From Perna viridis (Eukaryota), in NCBI GenBank assembly GCA_037379345.1, contig CM074513.1:36514885-36578884 (forward strand): 64,000 nucleotides of DNA, in the 5' to 3' direction. Both the position numbers and the translations under genes were made by a program. The notes below the pieces were generated by a model. The model was not told the origin of the DNA. It did not search any database and saw only the letters and a program-made list of their open reading frames with translations. Each line of letters opens with the position of its first letter. The stretch's first letter is position 1. Positions 50,823 through 64,000 of the stretch are shown piece after piece.

Positions 50823-52029
50823 GTATGATTTCAGAATTTCTAATATTGAAAATCAATTTCTAATATTAGAAAATTATTTTTTTTTAAGATAAACAATATT
50901 TTTAAATGGATGAACTTTTTTTCAAAAAGAGAATTTTATTCTGATAATTTTGAGCCCAAAGTATGTTGCCTCAAACTCAAAATAAACTAATTTGGTGGAA
51001 CTATAAATAAAGATGGTCTAAATAAAGAATTTTTCGGATTCCCCATGATATTTTTAGGGTAGGTGAGTTCCGAGTGTCAGTGCTGCACTGCAAGGTAGTA
51101 AATTTAAGTAAACCCTTTGAGAAATTTTGAGTGACATAGCAGTACTTGTGTATGTTTCAGGTGATATATGGTTTTGGTTAGTTTAAACTTCAGGTGAACT
51201 ACTGAGGATCCCCTGAAAATGAGCAAATTAACATAGAGAGTAATGGGAATCTGAATTAGTGGTTTGTAGCCTTTACCATCTCCGTCAAAACAAAAAATTC
51301 TCATGCACAGAATCCCGAAGAGGATAAGGCTGTGGACTAAGTCTATTACTGAGATATATTTTAAGTTTATAACAACACAACTTGTTGGTTACATGGTCTA
51401 TATAAAACTAAAATCTAATCAATGCAGACTATAACAAAACGGACAGGAAAGAATCTAACCCTAACTTAACCGTTAGCACAATTCATTGATAAACAACTGA
51501 GACACATTATTGAAACTGTCATTATAATTTGGAATTGTTAAATGATAAGGATACTGTGGTTTATAATACGATAACAACTGGTTAATGATTAATGTTTTCT
51601 AAAGTACTTAACACAATTACATGTTTAGTCTATGCATATTTGGTTTTCATTGTATCTTTATGACTTATTTCATTTCAAAAATACCTGATATATACACATG
51701 TACTGCTATTTCACTCAAAATGAAAATAAAAATGAAAATAAAAATCCATATATACCGACCCTACAAAATTTTAGAATAGTGCCAGGAAACATAACATATT
51801 TTTCGGCCTTGGAAATTTCTCATCAATTGACTGGCATCAACATCTGACTTGCATGCACTGGAAAGTGTTGACTTTATCCCATATAGTATTTCGCTGAGTC
51901 AAAGATTCAGCAAATGTTGCTGTAGGCTATACAACGTTGTATATAGCGTGTATATTACAAACTGAATCACTAAATCACCGATCGACATTAAATCAAGTGA
52001 TAATGCATTAATTTTAATGAATTTAATGA

Positions 52030-52280
52030 ATGAACGTGGTCACATGACAACTAATTTTCCCGAATACACAATGACCCACATTCACGGGTTTGACTATGCC
52101 CGGGACTGTGTAAACGCTTTGATGCTTAACACCGTCCGTGGGATACCCCAAACAATAGGGTATGTAAGTCTCGTTCTAGTTTCATTTTCTTTACCGGAAT
52201 TTACGACGTAGAACGTATTGAAAACCGAAGACCGATCTGCACTTTATTGTTTACTTCCGGGTACTCGGAACGCTGTATAA
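52030..52280 (+). promoter_or_regulatory. Possible promoter / first exon of the ZNF gene
   Basis: Relatively CpG-rich stretch with GGTCACATGAC (E-box-like), a donor-like GTATGTAAGT at about 52160 and an ETS-like ACTTCCGG at about 52253. The link to the ZNF gene is inference only. Confidence 0.3.
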
Positions 52281-52498
52281 CAATGCAAAATCTTCTTTTT
52301 TATGTTTTTTTCTTAATACCTTTATCATGTAGAAAGATATTTGTTATTTTTTATCGGTATTTTTTTTACACAAAAAGAAGTTTTGCCCATAACACTGATC
52401 TCAACGCTCTCTAAATGACAAGTCTCCATGTTTTTGAATGGTAGACTAGGACCCAATTTCGTGAAATCACGGGGTCACATGACAAGACTTACATACCT

Positions 52499-52974
52499 TA
52501 TAGGTACCAGTATCGTATTGCATATCCCCGAGCGGTGTACGTCAAAACATGGATGGTATAAAAATATAGTGCATTTTCTTTTTGCATCTCTACAAACTAA
52601 TGTTTTGTCAAAAGATATGAACAATGACTTAAAAAATAGAGCAAATATCACACTGTAAGATGAAGAACTTTTTTAAAAGAAAATCTAACATAATATCATA
52701 AAAATGTTCCACTGAAAAGGTTGGTTTCGTGAGTGCAAAACGAAAGTGAAAGTAGGGAAAATGGCTATTTATAGTTCAAGACTACTTTTCTGTCCGATCT
52801 TCGTGGACTCACCCTATTTTCTTTGCGGGAAATTATTTTTTCACATGTCCTTAGAAATGCTACGTAAGTGAAAGTTTTATTGAATCAATTTACATATTTT
52901 TTTTTTTAAATCCTAAAAATATGCACTTCACTATAGAAGACTATGGGAAAATTAATACGATACTGAGACCTATA
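52499..52974. mobile_element. Putative MITE
   Basis: Inverted termini TATAGGT(AC/CT)CAGTATCGTATT at both ends. Confidence 0.55.
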
Positions 52975-53414
52975 GCCAAGGACGTTAAGAAACACCTCAA
53001 TCCGTCATGTATTACACATATATGAGTGCAAACCGGGTTTATCCGTATTGAGTATATATGTTAGCACGGAAAAGAAAGTACTTACAGGAACAGTCAGCTG
53101 ATTGTCAGCGTCACTCATATCGTGTAAATGATTGGCCAACACTGTGTATCGAAAGATTTTTTGTGGATTTTATGATTAATATCCACAAAGACAGTCGAAT
53201 TATCTCTCAGAAGCAACGATGTTCAAGCTTTATAATCCACGAAATGAAGGATGTAACGGATATACGGAAAGTGCTAACATTTTCAACTTAACTGTTATAG
53301 TGTTATTTAAATGTTCAACTACAGTTTTTAATATCAAAAATGCAATTGTTATTATAAATTAAACGAGATTCTAATATTAGAAAAGGACTTTTTGATATTA
53401 AAAAATGATTTCTT

Positions 53415-53910
53415 ATTTTTTTTTATTTGTTCTAACACATTTACAGTAAATGGTCATAACACAAATAATAGAAACAAAGTATGTAATTTCTAACAACAAA
53501 GAAAAAAGAAAGATATAAAGTTTGATTAACGTAGGAACTTGCGCGGTGGTGACTCAATTGTGCCAAAAAAGCGTAGTAAGAATATGTGAATGGTGACAAA
53601 ATAAATTGGATATAGACATCACAGAAAGAGTGGTTGTAAATAATTACAGTATAACCTGGGATTTAACATTAATTATTTTGAAAAAAAACAAGTGTCTTAA
53701 TTTCTCATTATCTCAACAATTTAAAATTAGTGGTCTTGACATTTACTGATATATTCAACGAAAGCCTTGAGGACTATTATTGAGCTGCTATTCAAACAAA
53801 TTGTATTTTGTTTTCTGTTAATGACTAAAAGTTTTCATTATTACTTTAAAGCTTAGTAATTAGTTCTTTTCTATATGAATTGTAGGCTGAGCAATGAATA
53901 AAGAAGTGCA
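53415..53910 (-). mobile_element. 5'-truncated copy of the 54880-56810 LINE in inverted orientation
   Basis: Reverse complement of about 56305-56810 (e.g. TTTATTTGTTCTAACACATTTACAGTAAATGGTCATAACAC). Confidence 0.85.
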
Positions 53911-54879
53911 TATTAGAAATTCATTTTTCTGATATTAACGATTCAATTTCTAATATTAATTTTTTTTTCATATTAAGAGATATGGCATTTAGTCCACTTT
54001 AGCTTGCCATACAAATGATTTTCATTTCGTTTTATTCCGGTTCATTTCGATTCGTTTCGTTTTTTTTTCGTTTCGCAACTTACATGTATCCCCGATGGTG
54101 AGAAGAGAGGACAGTCTCAAAACTCTCATGTGAGTGCAACAACGGTGAGACTAATGCAGCAGTGTTTCGTCTTAGTGTTGTTTTTCAGTTTACGTACCCT
54201 CAACGGGCACTTTCTTTCCTTTTTTGGGGCTCGCCGTGTTTTGACAACTTAGACAAAACGAAGAAAAATATCTTCAGCGCCAAATTAAAAACATTGTTTT
54301 GTTTTGACCACGTGGTCCAAACAAAAACAAATTTCAGCGCCGAATCCAAAGGGATTAATATGGGGTAGGCATTGCCTAAATCGGCGAGCACCGTGTGCTT
54401 TACCGTACATGTACGTCTGAGCGAGACTCGTAAAAATAATAAACATTACAAAGAGGGGGTCGACCCGGATGAAAATTTTTTCATCGTAAGTGCAATATTT
54501 ACTTTTATTTATATTTAAGCAGCAAGCAAAATCAATATTTCTATTTGAAAATCTGTCTTGTTAATTAATGGGGGAGTTTTATATTTTACACATATCATGT
54601 GATGTAAACAAAATTCAGACAACAGCTGCAAATTCCAAACAAGAAAATGATTGCCTTTCCTATCTTAGAAAAGCGATGCTTCGATTTTGAGTTATATTTT
54701 TTTTCCAAGGCGGGTTAGGTTCTTGACAACAACCAATTTGACACTTAATGATAAGCAAATTAGTGAATATGATGTCACTAATGAGGTTGGGGTACTCTCC
54801 TATTAGTGCTGTGAATAAGTATCAAGAAGTGCTTTAGATTTTGGGTTTAATAATGGGCCTACAGGGTATACGGCTATAC

Positions 54880-56810
54880 CATATAAAACAAAGAAAACGG
54901 AAGTTTTTGCAGCATTTATAGCTCTAAGAAAGGCTTTCGACACAGTATGGTGAGAAGGTTTATTTTATAAACTTTGTAAAATAAATTCCCTACCCAAATT
55001 TTTGATGTATTATATTCAATGTATAGAGACCCTATTTACAGAATCAAGTTCAAACAAGGCCTAGTTAGAAAATTTGTATCAAGATCTGGAGTAAAACAAG
55101 GGAATGTTCTTAGCCCATTTTATTTAATCTATACATCAATGATCTTGTTACAAATCTAAATGAATCTCAAACTGATTTATTTATTCTGGGTGATCTTACT
55201 ATTAATTCTCTTTTGTATGCAGACAATATTATTTTACTGTCCAACTCCAAGAGTGGTCTACAAAAAGCTCTAGACATATTAGAAAAATTTTGTTCATCAT
55301 GGAAACTAGATGTAAACAAATAAGTCTAAAATAATGGTCTTCAATTCAAATGGGAAAACCCATTTAAACAGTTTTAAAATCAATAATACCTGTATTGAAA
55401 CTGTAAAAAACATACTGCTGTCTTGTTTGTTTGTTTGTTTGTTAGGGTTTAATGCCAGAGCAGCAATATTTCAGCTATATTCAGGCAATGAACATGAAGT
55501 GGATGATAAAATGAACATGAAACTACTGCTCTCTTGGAATAACTATTTAATACAACTGTAATATAAATGTGTCCACAAAACTATTAATGGTAAAGGGCCG
55601 CAAAGCCTGGTTCAGAATTAAGAAAACCATGGGGTTTAATGCTAGTTGTCTATTGGAAAAACTATTTGACTCACTTGTAAGACCAGTTACATTATATGGA
55701 TGTGAAGTGTTGGGTGCGTATTGCAATCTTAGTGATACTGACCCCTTTGAACACGTACATATCAAATTTAATAAAGAAATTTTAGGAATACATAGTAAAG
55801 CAACAAATGTTGCATGCTTAACTGAGCTTAATAGACACCATTTACAAGAGAAAGTAAAACTACTAGCAATAAAACATATCTCCAATTCAGCGAATACATT
55901 GGTAAACAAAATATATACAAATATCCCGATTCAAATAAATGGATAACAACAATTAAATTATGGATAAAGAAACTTGGTTTTGGCTACTTCATTGATAATA
56001 ATAGCAATATCAAAAATGTCTTGTCTAATATCAAACAAAGACTCCATGATCAAACCTTACAAAACCAAAATAGTAGTATAGGTGTAAGCAATAAATTATC
56101 TTTCTATAAACATGATAAAACTATCTATAGACAAAACCAAAGGCCTTGCTATGTTGATGTCTGTAGATACAAGTCTGATAGGTCAACAGTTTGTAAATAT
56201 AGAATAAGTGCCTACTCTCTAGCAATAGAGAAAGGTTGCTATAAAAATATCCCTTAAAATAACAAAATTTTCACAAAATGTACCACTGGGCAAATAGAAG
56301 ATGAATTGCACTTCTTTATTCATTGTCCAGTCTACAATTCATATAGAAAAGAACTAATTACTAAGCTTAAAATTAAAAACTCATTAAGAGAAAACAAAAT
56401 ACAAATTTGTTTTGAATATCAGCTCAATAATGGTCCTCAAGGCTTTCATTGAATATATCAGTAAATGTCAAGACCACTAACTTTAAATTGTTGAGATAAT
56501 GAGAAGTTAAGACACTTCGTTTTCAAAATATTTAATATTAAACCCCAAATTATACTGTAATTATTCACAACCACTCTTTCTATGATGTCTATTTGCATTT
56601 TATTTTGTCACCATTCGCATATTCTTACTACGCTTTTTTTTGGGCACAATTGAGTCACCACTGCCACAGGTTCCTATGTTAATCAAAGTAGATGTAGATC
56701 ATATGCATTTATATCTTTCTTTTTTCTTTGTTGTTGTCAGAATTTACATACTTTGTTTCTATTATTTGTGTTATGACCATTTACTGTAAATGTGTTAGAA
56801 CAAATAAAAA
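54880..56810 (+). mobile_element. Degenerate LINE (CR1/L2-like group) RT fragment with 3' UTR
   Basis: KAFDTVW, GVKQGNVLSP, LLYADN, LFDSLVRPV.LYGCEV, C.....EDELHF..HC, with multiple stops and frameshifts. Confidence 0.85.
55426..55523 (-). mobile_element. Short 3' fragment of a SINE/LINE inserted in the LINE, with 13-bp TSD
   Basis: (TTTG)n tail. TACTGCTGTCTTG (55413-55425) and TACTGCTCTCTTG (55524-55536) duplicate the host YC(Y)LG codons. Confidence 0.65.
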
Positions 56811-57730
56811 TATTGAAATATGTCAATGGAAAGATAAATCAATGTAGTTTTTGAATATCTTATCAGTGAAAAACGGTAGAGCTTTCTTCTATTTTGCATT
56901 AATTAGAGAAGGGGTCAAAGATCAATCGACCCCAATACACTTTGATAAGTAATTTAAGTAAAATCGTACATTGTAGGTATTAGGAAATGGGTATCGTATA
57001 ATGATCACATGTATTACTATAGAATTTCAAAGATGTAAAAAAGTAACATTTCCCGGCAAAAGTTGACTATTTAATCACAAAACAAAATTCCTCTAAAAAT
57101 GGTTGCATTTTAGTCATTGATTAAGAGATAACGAGGCTCTGTAGAATATTACAATGTATATCTAAATATTCTGTACTGAATAACAAATAAAACAACGTTC
57201 TCGATTCGATCTGCAACATGAGCTTTGCAAAATGAGTTGCAAAAAAGTTGCAAATTTTCACATATTTTAACTACTAATCATATCAAAATTATAAAATACG
57301 AATTGCTGGTACAACAGAAAAGCATGAATATTAATTATCCGAAGTAACTTATTTTTTGACATGATCAATATTTTAAGTGTTTATAAGCAGATAGATAAAA
57401 GTTTGACATATTTTTTTCTGTTATTCTATAACTGAGCGCGCAACAATATTCGTTTTGAGGAAATTGGAATGAATAGCTGGATATCCATAGTAAAGACAAA
57501 GCACCAAAAAATACAAAAATAGTCATAAGAATAACATATATAAATTTATAGAATTAATAAGCAGCCAAGGCTTGATGAAAAAAACACTGAGGGTTCGGAC
57601 CATGTTCATTGATAGGATTATCTGATATTAAATTTTTATGCCTTTTCTCTGTTTTTCCACAAGCCCGTATATCTCTTCTTATATAAATGGTGTCATTCTG
57701 GATTTAGCCCTGTGCAGGTCTGGGTCTTAA

Positions 57731-58274
57731 GGCTAGAAACCACCAATTCCACTTCCCATAGGCTTCTATGCTAATTTCACAATATTCAATGGCTTCTCTG
57801 GACTTAAGGTTACAGACCACCAATTCAAGCAATGAGCATTTGGAACGTACGCAAAAATAGTCCTACGCAGAAATTACCCCTGTTCCTCATAGTGCTGTGA
57901 AAAAAGTTCTCATCTTATTTAAAAAATTTAAACAGTTTCTGAAAGGAAAAACATTTCTGTACATTTTATAGGTGCATTTTGCTTCTTGTGATGTGAAGCC
58001 TAATCTCCATAATGATTTTTAAATATACCCCTATCTTGTGAAAACACTGGGATTTCCCATGCTATTTATAGACCCTTCACTTCTGGTGACCAGTACTGCA
58101 CTGCAAGTCTGCTAACCCCACATGCCATTCTGAGGATTGTGAGCTGACATATGTAGAATCATGCTGATATATAGTCATCTGCAGGTTAAAGTTAAGGTAA
58201 AGTCCAGAGAAGCCATTGAATATTGTGAAATTAGCATAGAAGCCTATGGGAAGTGGAATTAGTGGTTTTTAGCC
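57731..58274. mobile_element. Non-autonomous TTAA-targeting element (Kolobok-like)
   Basis: About 75-bp TIRs (GGCTAGAAACCACCAATTCCACTTCCCATAGGC...) flanked by TTAA on both sides. Related fragments at about 28460-28700 and 51040-51272. Confidence 0.8.
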
Positions 58275-58844
58275 TTAAGATGAAGCCATGGCAAAATGAA
58301 AAGTTTCTTGAAATAGCTTTAAACTACTTGAAGATCTTGTTAACTTTGCCATGAGAGGAATACACTACAAAAATCCTTCAAAATATGCATTTTTTTAAGT
58401 TATAGGTCCAAATTATGGAAAATTGGTCTTTTTGGCTGATTTTTATGTCCTATCTTGTAAAAAGTGTAGAAAATTTAGTAAAAATATCAAATATTAAACT
58501 TTGAGGGCTATATTTACCTAAATATGGTAGTAATAAGCACTTGAAATCAAGTTTTGTGTAGATTTGAGCAAAAATTAGGTTAGAAATGAGGAAAAACTCA
58601 CTTTCATTACTGCGGTTAAGGCCATATAAGCATTCCCCTATGGCAACATGGAAAATCCATTATTGAGCACTTTTTTTGCTTTAGGTGCCCTTTACTGGTC
58701 ATGTTTTAATGTGAAAACACTGTATTTACAAATTTAAAGCCAAATATATCACCTTTTGTGAAAATTTAAAGATTTAGGATTTTTGACATGTGATCAAGAA
58801 AAGGGGGAGGCATGTCAGAAATAAATTTTTAAAAATAGACAAAC

Positions 58845-58920
58845 ATAGGCCTTACAAATGTGGGCATTGTGACAAAGGATTTAATAACCAAGGAGTTGAA
58901 CAGAAACATGAAGAAGCATG
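58845..58920 (+). pseudogene. Isolated duplicate of zinc finger 4 of the downstream ZNF gene
   Basis: Matches 59441-59516 (RPYKCGHCDKGFNNQGVEQKHEEAC vs RPYKCRQCDKGFNNKGAKQKHEEAH). Confidence 0.75.
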
Positions 58921-59160
58921 TATATAAATACAACATATATATATATATATATATATATGTTAAATAAATAAAGCATTAAATTAAATTAAAAAATATATAT
59001 GGTGGCTCCTTAAATGAGATCACACATAATTTTACATATAAGTAAAGCTCATGATGCATCATGATTAGGTATGGCAGGTGGAAAACATGAAAATTTGCAT
59101 GCATTTTTATGTGTTGTAATATGTTCTTATTTCTTGTTTTGATTTATATTTGTAGATACT

Positions 59161-60144
59161 ATGGAAACTGAAGCAACTTTTGACAAGCCATACAAATGTG
59201 ACGAGTGTGACTCTCAGTATAAAAATAAGTCATCACTATTGATGCATAAAAGGTCTCATTCCAATTCCTTGAAATATTCTTACATATGTGGTGTGTGTAA
59301 TAAAGGTTATATTCGAGCATTAGATTTGAAAAATCACATGACTATACACACAGGTGAAAAACCTTTTGAATGCCATGAGTGTGGTAAGACCTTTAGTAGA
59401 AAGCGTGCCCTGGTAGCACACACTAAAATTCATCTTGAGAATAGGCCTTACAAATGTAGGCAGTGTGACAAAGGATTTAATAACAAAGGAGCAAAACAAA
59501 AACATGAAGAAGCACATATTCAGGCTAGAGGAACCCCATATAAGTGTAATGTCTGTTCAAAAACTTATTCTCAATCATCTTCTTTGAGTAAACATATGAG
59601 GAAACACACTGGAGAAAAACCGTACATTTGCCCTGAATGTTACGAAACTTTCCAATTTAAGCCACAACTGGATAAACATATGGCGAGGCATATGGGTGTT
59701 TATAATAAGCAATTTATTTGTGATATATGTGGATATGGTTGTTATCTGAAGTATTCTCTTGAATATCACATGAAAATACATTCAACTGAAAAACCTTTCG
59801 TCTGTGATCAATGTGGAGTCAAATTTAAGAGGAAGTACCAACTGGATGATCACTTGTTGAAACATAGCGGTGAAAAACCTCACAAATGTAAGGAATGTGG
59901 TAAATTGTTTAGACAGAAACCAGTTCTAGACGTACACATGAGAACACACTCTGGGGAAAAACCATTCACATGTAATGTATGTGAAAAAAGCTTTAGTCAG
60001 AAATATAGCCTTCATCTACATTTAAGAATACATACAGGAGAAAAGCCTCATAAATGTACAAAGTGTGATCAAAGTTTTCGACAGAGCTATCCTCTTACTC
60101 TACACATGAAGAGAAAACATGGTTATATTGATACTAAAATATAG
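59161..60144 (+). CDS. C2H2 (Kruppel-type) zinc-finger protein, 11 tandem fingers; terminal coding exon
   Basis: Eleven CxxC-x12-HxxxH units (the last is HxxxxH) with TGEKP/SGEKP linkers. A splice acceptor (tttgtag) ends at 59155 just upstream of the ATG, so upstream exon(s) probably exist. Confidence 0.93.
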   Translation: METEATFDKPYKCDECDSQYKNKSSLLMHKRSHSNSLKYSYICGVCNKGYIRALDLKNHMTIHTGEKPFECHECGKTFSRKRALVAHTKIHLENRPYKCRQCDKGFNNKGAKQKHEEAHIQARGTPYKCNVCSKTYSQSSSLSKHMRKHTGEKPYICPECYETFQFKPQLDKHMARHMGVYNKQFICDICGYGCYLKYSLEYHMKIHSTEKPFVCDQCGVKFKRKYQLDDHLLKHSGEKPHKCKECGKLFRQKPVLDVHMRTHSGEKPFTCNVCEKSFSQKYSLHLHLRIHTGEKPHKCTKCDQSFRQSYPLTLHMKRKHGYIDTKI

Positions 60145-61621
60145 TTTACATTTTTACATTTAAATCATGTAACTACATGTATATCCAGTACGTACTTACC
60201 TGTAGTTTAATTACCAGTATCAGACAATATACAAATGTAAGAAGCATTTTGGTGGGATGTGTTTGTGTTTATACAAATATTTGTTTTGTTGAAAACCTTA
60301 AAAACCCTTTTCAATTACCACTAGAAATGTCAACATGCCCAATGAAGAAATAGGAGGAGGACTGAATAAATGTACCAGATTCAAATTTATCTAATAAAAT
60401 TTTCTCTTCACTGTGTCTTCAGTTGAAATGGTAACACATATTTCCATTGTCCCCTTACTCCCTTAATGGGACTTGGACTGTTTTTCCAGCATTGAACACT
60501 GTGGTGCAGTTTTTTGTGGATGTAACTCTTTCGCAACTTCTGGACAAATTAAAGTTGAAATTGTGTAGGTTGTTAGGCACAATGTCTAGATGATCATACA
60601 CAACCATCGCCCTAAATTTTAATCTCCACTCTTTACAGTGGAGTCCCCATTTTACTCAACTGTGACTCCACTAAATCAAAAACGTAGATAGTATTTGAAT
60701 GAAGCAATTTTTTAAAATTATTTTTTGTCCTGTATATGCAAAATGTAACTCAAATTATTTAGAACTTTAAGAATCATTCAATATATTTTGTCATGTAAAC
60801 ATAGAATTAGATTTATAAGCATATTTTGAAATGGTGATTCCACTGTGACGACTGGAAAAAATGAAATTAGTATTGAGAGTAGTGTAGTGTCCCCTTTTTT
60901 ATGCAACAAATTTAACAGGAGTTCACCTCTGGGAGTTTTCCTGCACTAAACACTAAAGTGAATCTGATACCACTGGATTGATATTGTTAAATTTTTGCAG
61001 GACTGTAAGGCATAATATGTACATGCAGTTGAACATACTGCACCACCATTTTAATTTGAAAAAAAAATACAAGAGTTATGGGACTTGTTTCCTGGCATTG
61101 AAACTAATGAGTTTGTGGACTCGACTCCTCTGACGCCACTGAAGTTATTTTTTTTTATTTTATGTAGGTTTTTAAGGCACAATATGTAGTTTATCACACT
61201 GCAGGACCATTTTATCAAGAGCTATTTGATTCTGACTTTCTTGCATTGGACACCTAAAGTTGCACCCACATGTACATGTATATAGTGAATGCAACTCCCG
61301 GATGGATTTTGTTCAACTTTAAGAGGGACCTACCAACTAACTGCATCTGTCCTTGTGTTTTTTTGGTTTTTGATGTGTAGTAGAAAGACCTTACAATATT
61401 AGTTGTTTATATAGTTTTGTTGTAATTTATACATGTACTAGTATATGTTTTATACATGTAGGTGTTGTACCTCCACATTATGTGATGATTCCAATGATAT
61501 ATATTTTGTATTAGGGTCTTTATGACAGCAAAAAATATGGTCATATAATGGTATAATGCTGTCTCCGTCATCATCACACATAGTCTGTAGACAAGTCCAT
61601 GCCTTGAGTATATTTTGGAAG

Positions 61622-62072
61622 AGTAATCAAGGTTATAGCGGTAATCAAAAGAATGTAATCCAGGGACAAAGACCAGACATGGAAAACAGACATACACAGC
61701 AAAGAACATAAAGTAACTAAAATTTATACATACAAAGTAACAAAAGTAAATGAGCAACTCGGACTCCACTAAAAACTGGGAGCATGGACCAGGTGCACCG
61801 GTAGGGTAAGCGTCCTCTGCTTTTCTAGAAACAGCCGCCGAGTTGCTCATAAAAAGTCAAGTCCGGGGTAGACAAACGAGGAAAGGAAAACTATGACCCG
61901 TTGAATAAATCAGTTTTCATGGTGTTGATGGATACACCATAACGATCCACGAGTTCATGATGACGACCATATAACTTCTGTAGTGATGACTTCAATCTTG
62001 TAGCAACATAACCCTGTTCCAGAAGCCTATGTGTTAGAGTTCTAGCGCGATACGAAAAGCCTGCGTAGTTTC
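61622..62072 (-). mobile_element. 3' fragment of the same Penelope-like family
   Basis: Colinear with 2680-3115 and 28905-29320. Confidence 0.85.
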
Positions 62073-64000
62073 GGCACTTGAAATATCCAGTCTCCCCTTA
62101 TATCCTATACAAGCCTCAGTAGGTGAAAGTACAAAGAAACATTTAGGCTATCTATTGAGTTTATTTTTCAGACACAGGATGATTCTTAAATCTACTACGA
62201 TACTTACAGAACTTAGCCAAAGGCCGTTCATGTGATGTTTGGGAGTGGAGAGATCCGTTCATGCATGCATGAACGACAAAAAAAAAATAGCTGTTTAATC
62301 CTTATAATTCTGTCCCGACATTTGGGAATTCTTTTTTTAAATGTGTTGAACCGTTAAATGTATTTACAGAATCTAGTTCTGGGACTACTTAAATTTGGGG
62401 CGAATTTACTTATAGTTAGATTTTAAGCATTTTCCCGAGCTGAAAATTACTCTCTGTAAACAAAATGTACCGGTAAAATCAGTGTGCCCATTGTGGATGT
62501 AATAAACTATTCTTACGGCTGTATTATGCAGTTTAGGTCGTTGCCAAACTCTTTCGAACTACACAGCCACCTTATTGGTTTCAAGTTGACCGGCGTTCAT
62601 GCATGTATGAACGATCTGGCGAAGATCATGCAAGTATGAACTTTCTGACAAAGACGTTCTCGACCAATCAAAAACGGCTGTAAGTATGAAAAATCTTGTG
62701 ATTAGAATTATTGGTCAATAACTGACCATTCGAAGCCATTTTATTCCTTAAAAAATAAAATCGGTGAACTGCATCATTGAATTTATCCTGCAATGAGTTC
62801 ATTAAAGGGCAAATAACGGGTGTCAGTTTTTTGCTTTATTTGTATAGTAGCGAATAAAGCAATAAGCTCCGTCCACTATCATGACGTCACGAATAAATAA
62901 CATTGTCGAAAGTGAAAGTAGGTCACGGAAGAATTTATTTCACATCAGAAAAACATGTTAAATGACGGAAATTGTTTAATTTTGAATATTTATCTTATGT
63001 TAATGACTCGTTTAAAAGTAAAAGTTACAATTTACAACATTTCGTCAAATAATGTCCATCTCTCAGAACTATTTTTTGTCACGGGTTTTCAATGAACGGC
63101 AAATGCTTAATGCTTGGGGGGCACGACATGCTCCTACTGAATTAAATACTCTTAACAACACAAAACCATCAAAATTGACTTATTGCAGGCTAAACACAAT
63201 ATTTAATTTAGTGTATTACAGAAAAATATAGAAAGCATTTGTATGAGGCTAAGGAAGGGGAAGTAACTGTGAGGCTCTACACCAATATCCTTACCCTACA
63301 TGAGGTGTTAAGGTTTCTCTGTGAAACACGTCAGTTCATGCAGTTACATGTATATAATGTACAGTAACAGGCCATTGTTCCCTGTTAAAAAAAATACAAA
63401 AATGTAACCACGAAATTCAACCTGTGCATTCCACAAAACATCCTACTTAATCTTTTATTTAATTTAAAAAATAAATCACTCATGGTAAACACTCGTACGC
63501 TGGTCGCCACTTTGAGAAGTAAATCGTGCGTAAATTGGTGAAAAATGCGTATGGACAAATTAAACAAAGCCGTTAGTTGTGAATGAAATGGGACACATAA
63601 ATAGTGAATCTATTATATTGAAAAGTGGATAAATTCTATTAGCAGATAACGAACCAATTGAAACTACAACTGAGACACAAACTATATAAATGAAATAGAA
63701 AACAACTAACCTTATACCGCTGGTGTAAAAACTATAGAAACTATAGCAATTGTAAATAAGGCAACTCCAGCGAGTTCCAATCCAAAAGTGATGAGTAAGG
63801 ACACACACAGGCAAACGAAAAGAAATCGAGCGGGAAAAACTACATATGACCGAAATGACCAGTAAGAATGAAATAATAATTGCGGACCAGTTAACCAGAG
63901 AAAAAAAAACAATGAAAAGATAGAACCTAAAGTAAGAAAACTTAAAACTAATGAACCTTGTAGAGGCGGTCATATCATGTCAGGTCAGCTGTGAAATTAA

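Noticed and set aside
61407-61850. ORFs starting MSNSA(G/A)VSRKAEDAY (also at 2703-2891)
   Set aside because: Incidental frames in the 3' region of the Penelope-like repeat; the lengths differ between copies.
63560-63973. 137-aa hydrophobic ORF on the minus strand
   Set aside because: No recognisable motif; it looks like the antisense of an A-rich decayed sequence at the window edge.

Overview
AT-rich eukaryotic (animal) genomic DNA with GT-AG introns. The repeat repertoire suggests a bivalve mollusc, probably an oyster (inference). Four host genes are supported: (1) a multi-exon, catalytically dead rhomboid (iRhom/RHBDF-like) on + at about 4169-12538; (2) an intronless GPR161-like class A GPCR on - at 22191-24179; (3) a 5-exon orphan gene on - at 30565-40830 that the ORF track shows only in pieces and that assembles into a 297-aa, possibly secreted protein with a very basic tail; (4) an 11-finger C2H2 zinc-finger exon on + at 59161-60144. 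The rest is a dense, often nested transposon landscape. It includes an apparently intact Sola2-like DNA transposon (perfect 29-bp TIRs, TAGA TSD, 847-aa DDD transposase) inside an IS3EU-like element. There are two kinds of Penelope-like retroelements, one flanked by repeats carrying a tRNA-like module and a hammerhead-like core. Degenerate LINEs, SINE fragments, Helentron-type elements and many MITEs fill the remainder. No prokaryotic operons, rRNA or CRISPR arrays were seen. All gene models were assembled by eye from splice signals and reading-frame phase; no database search was run.
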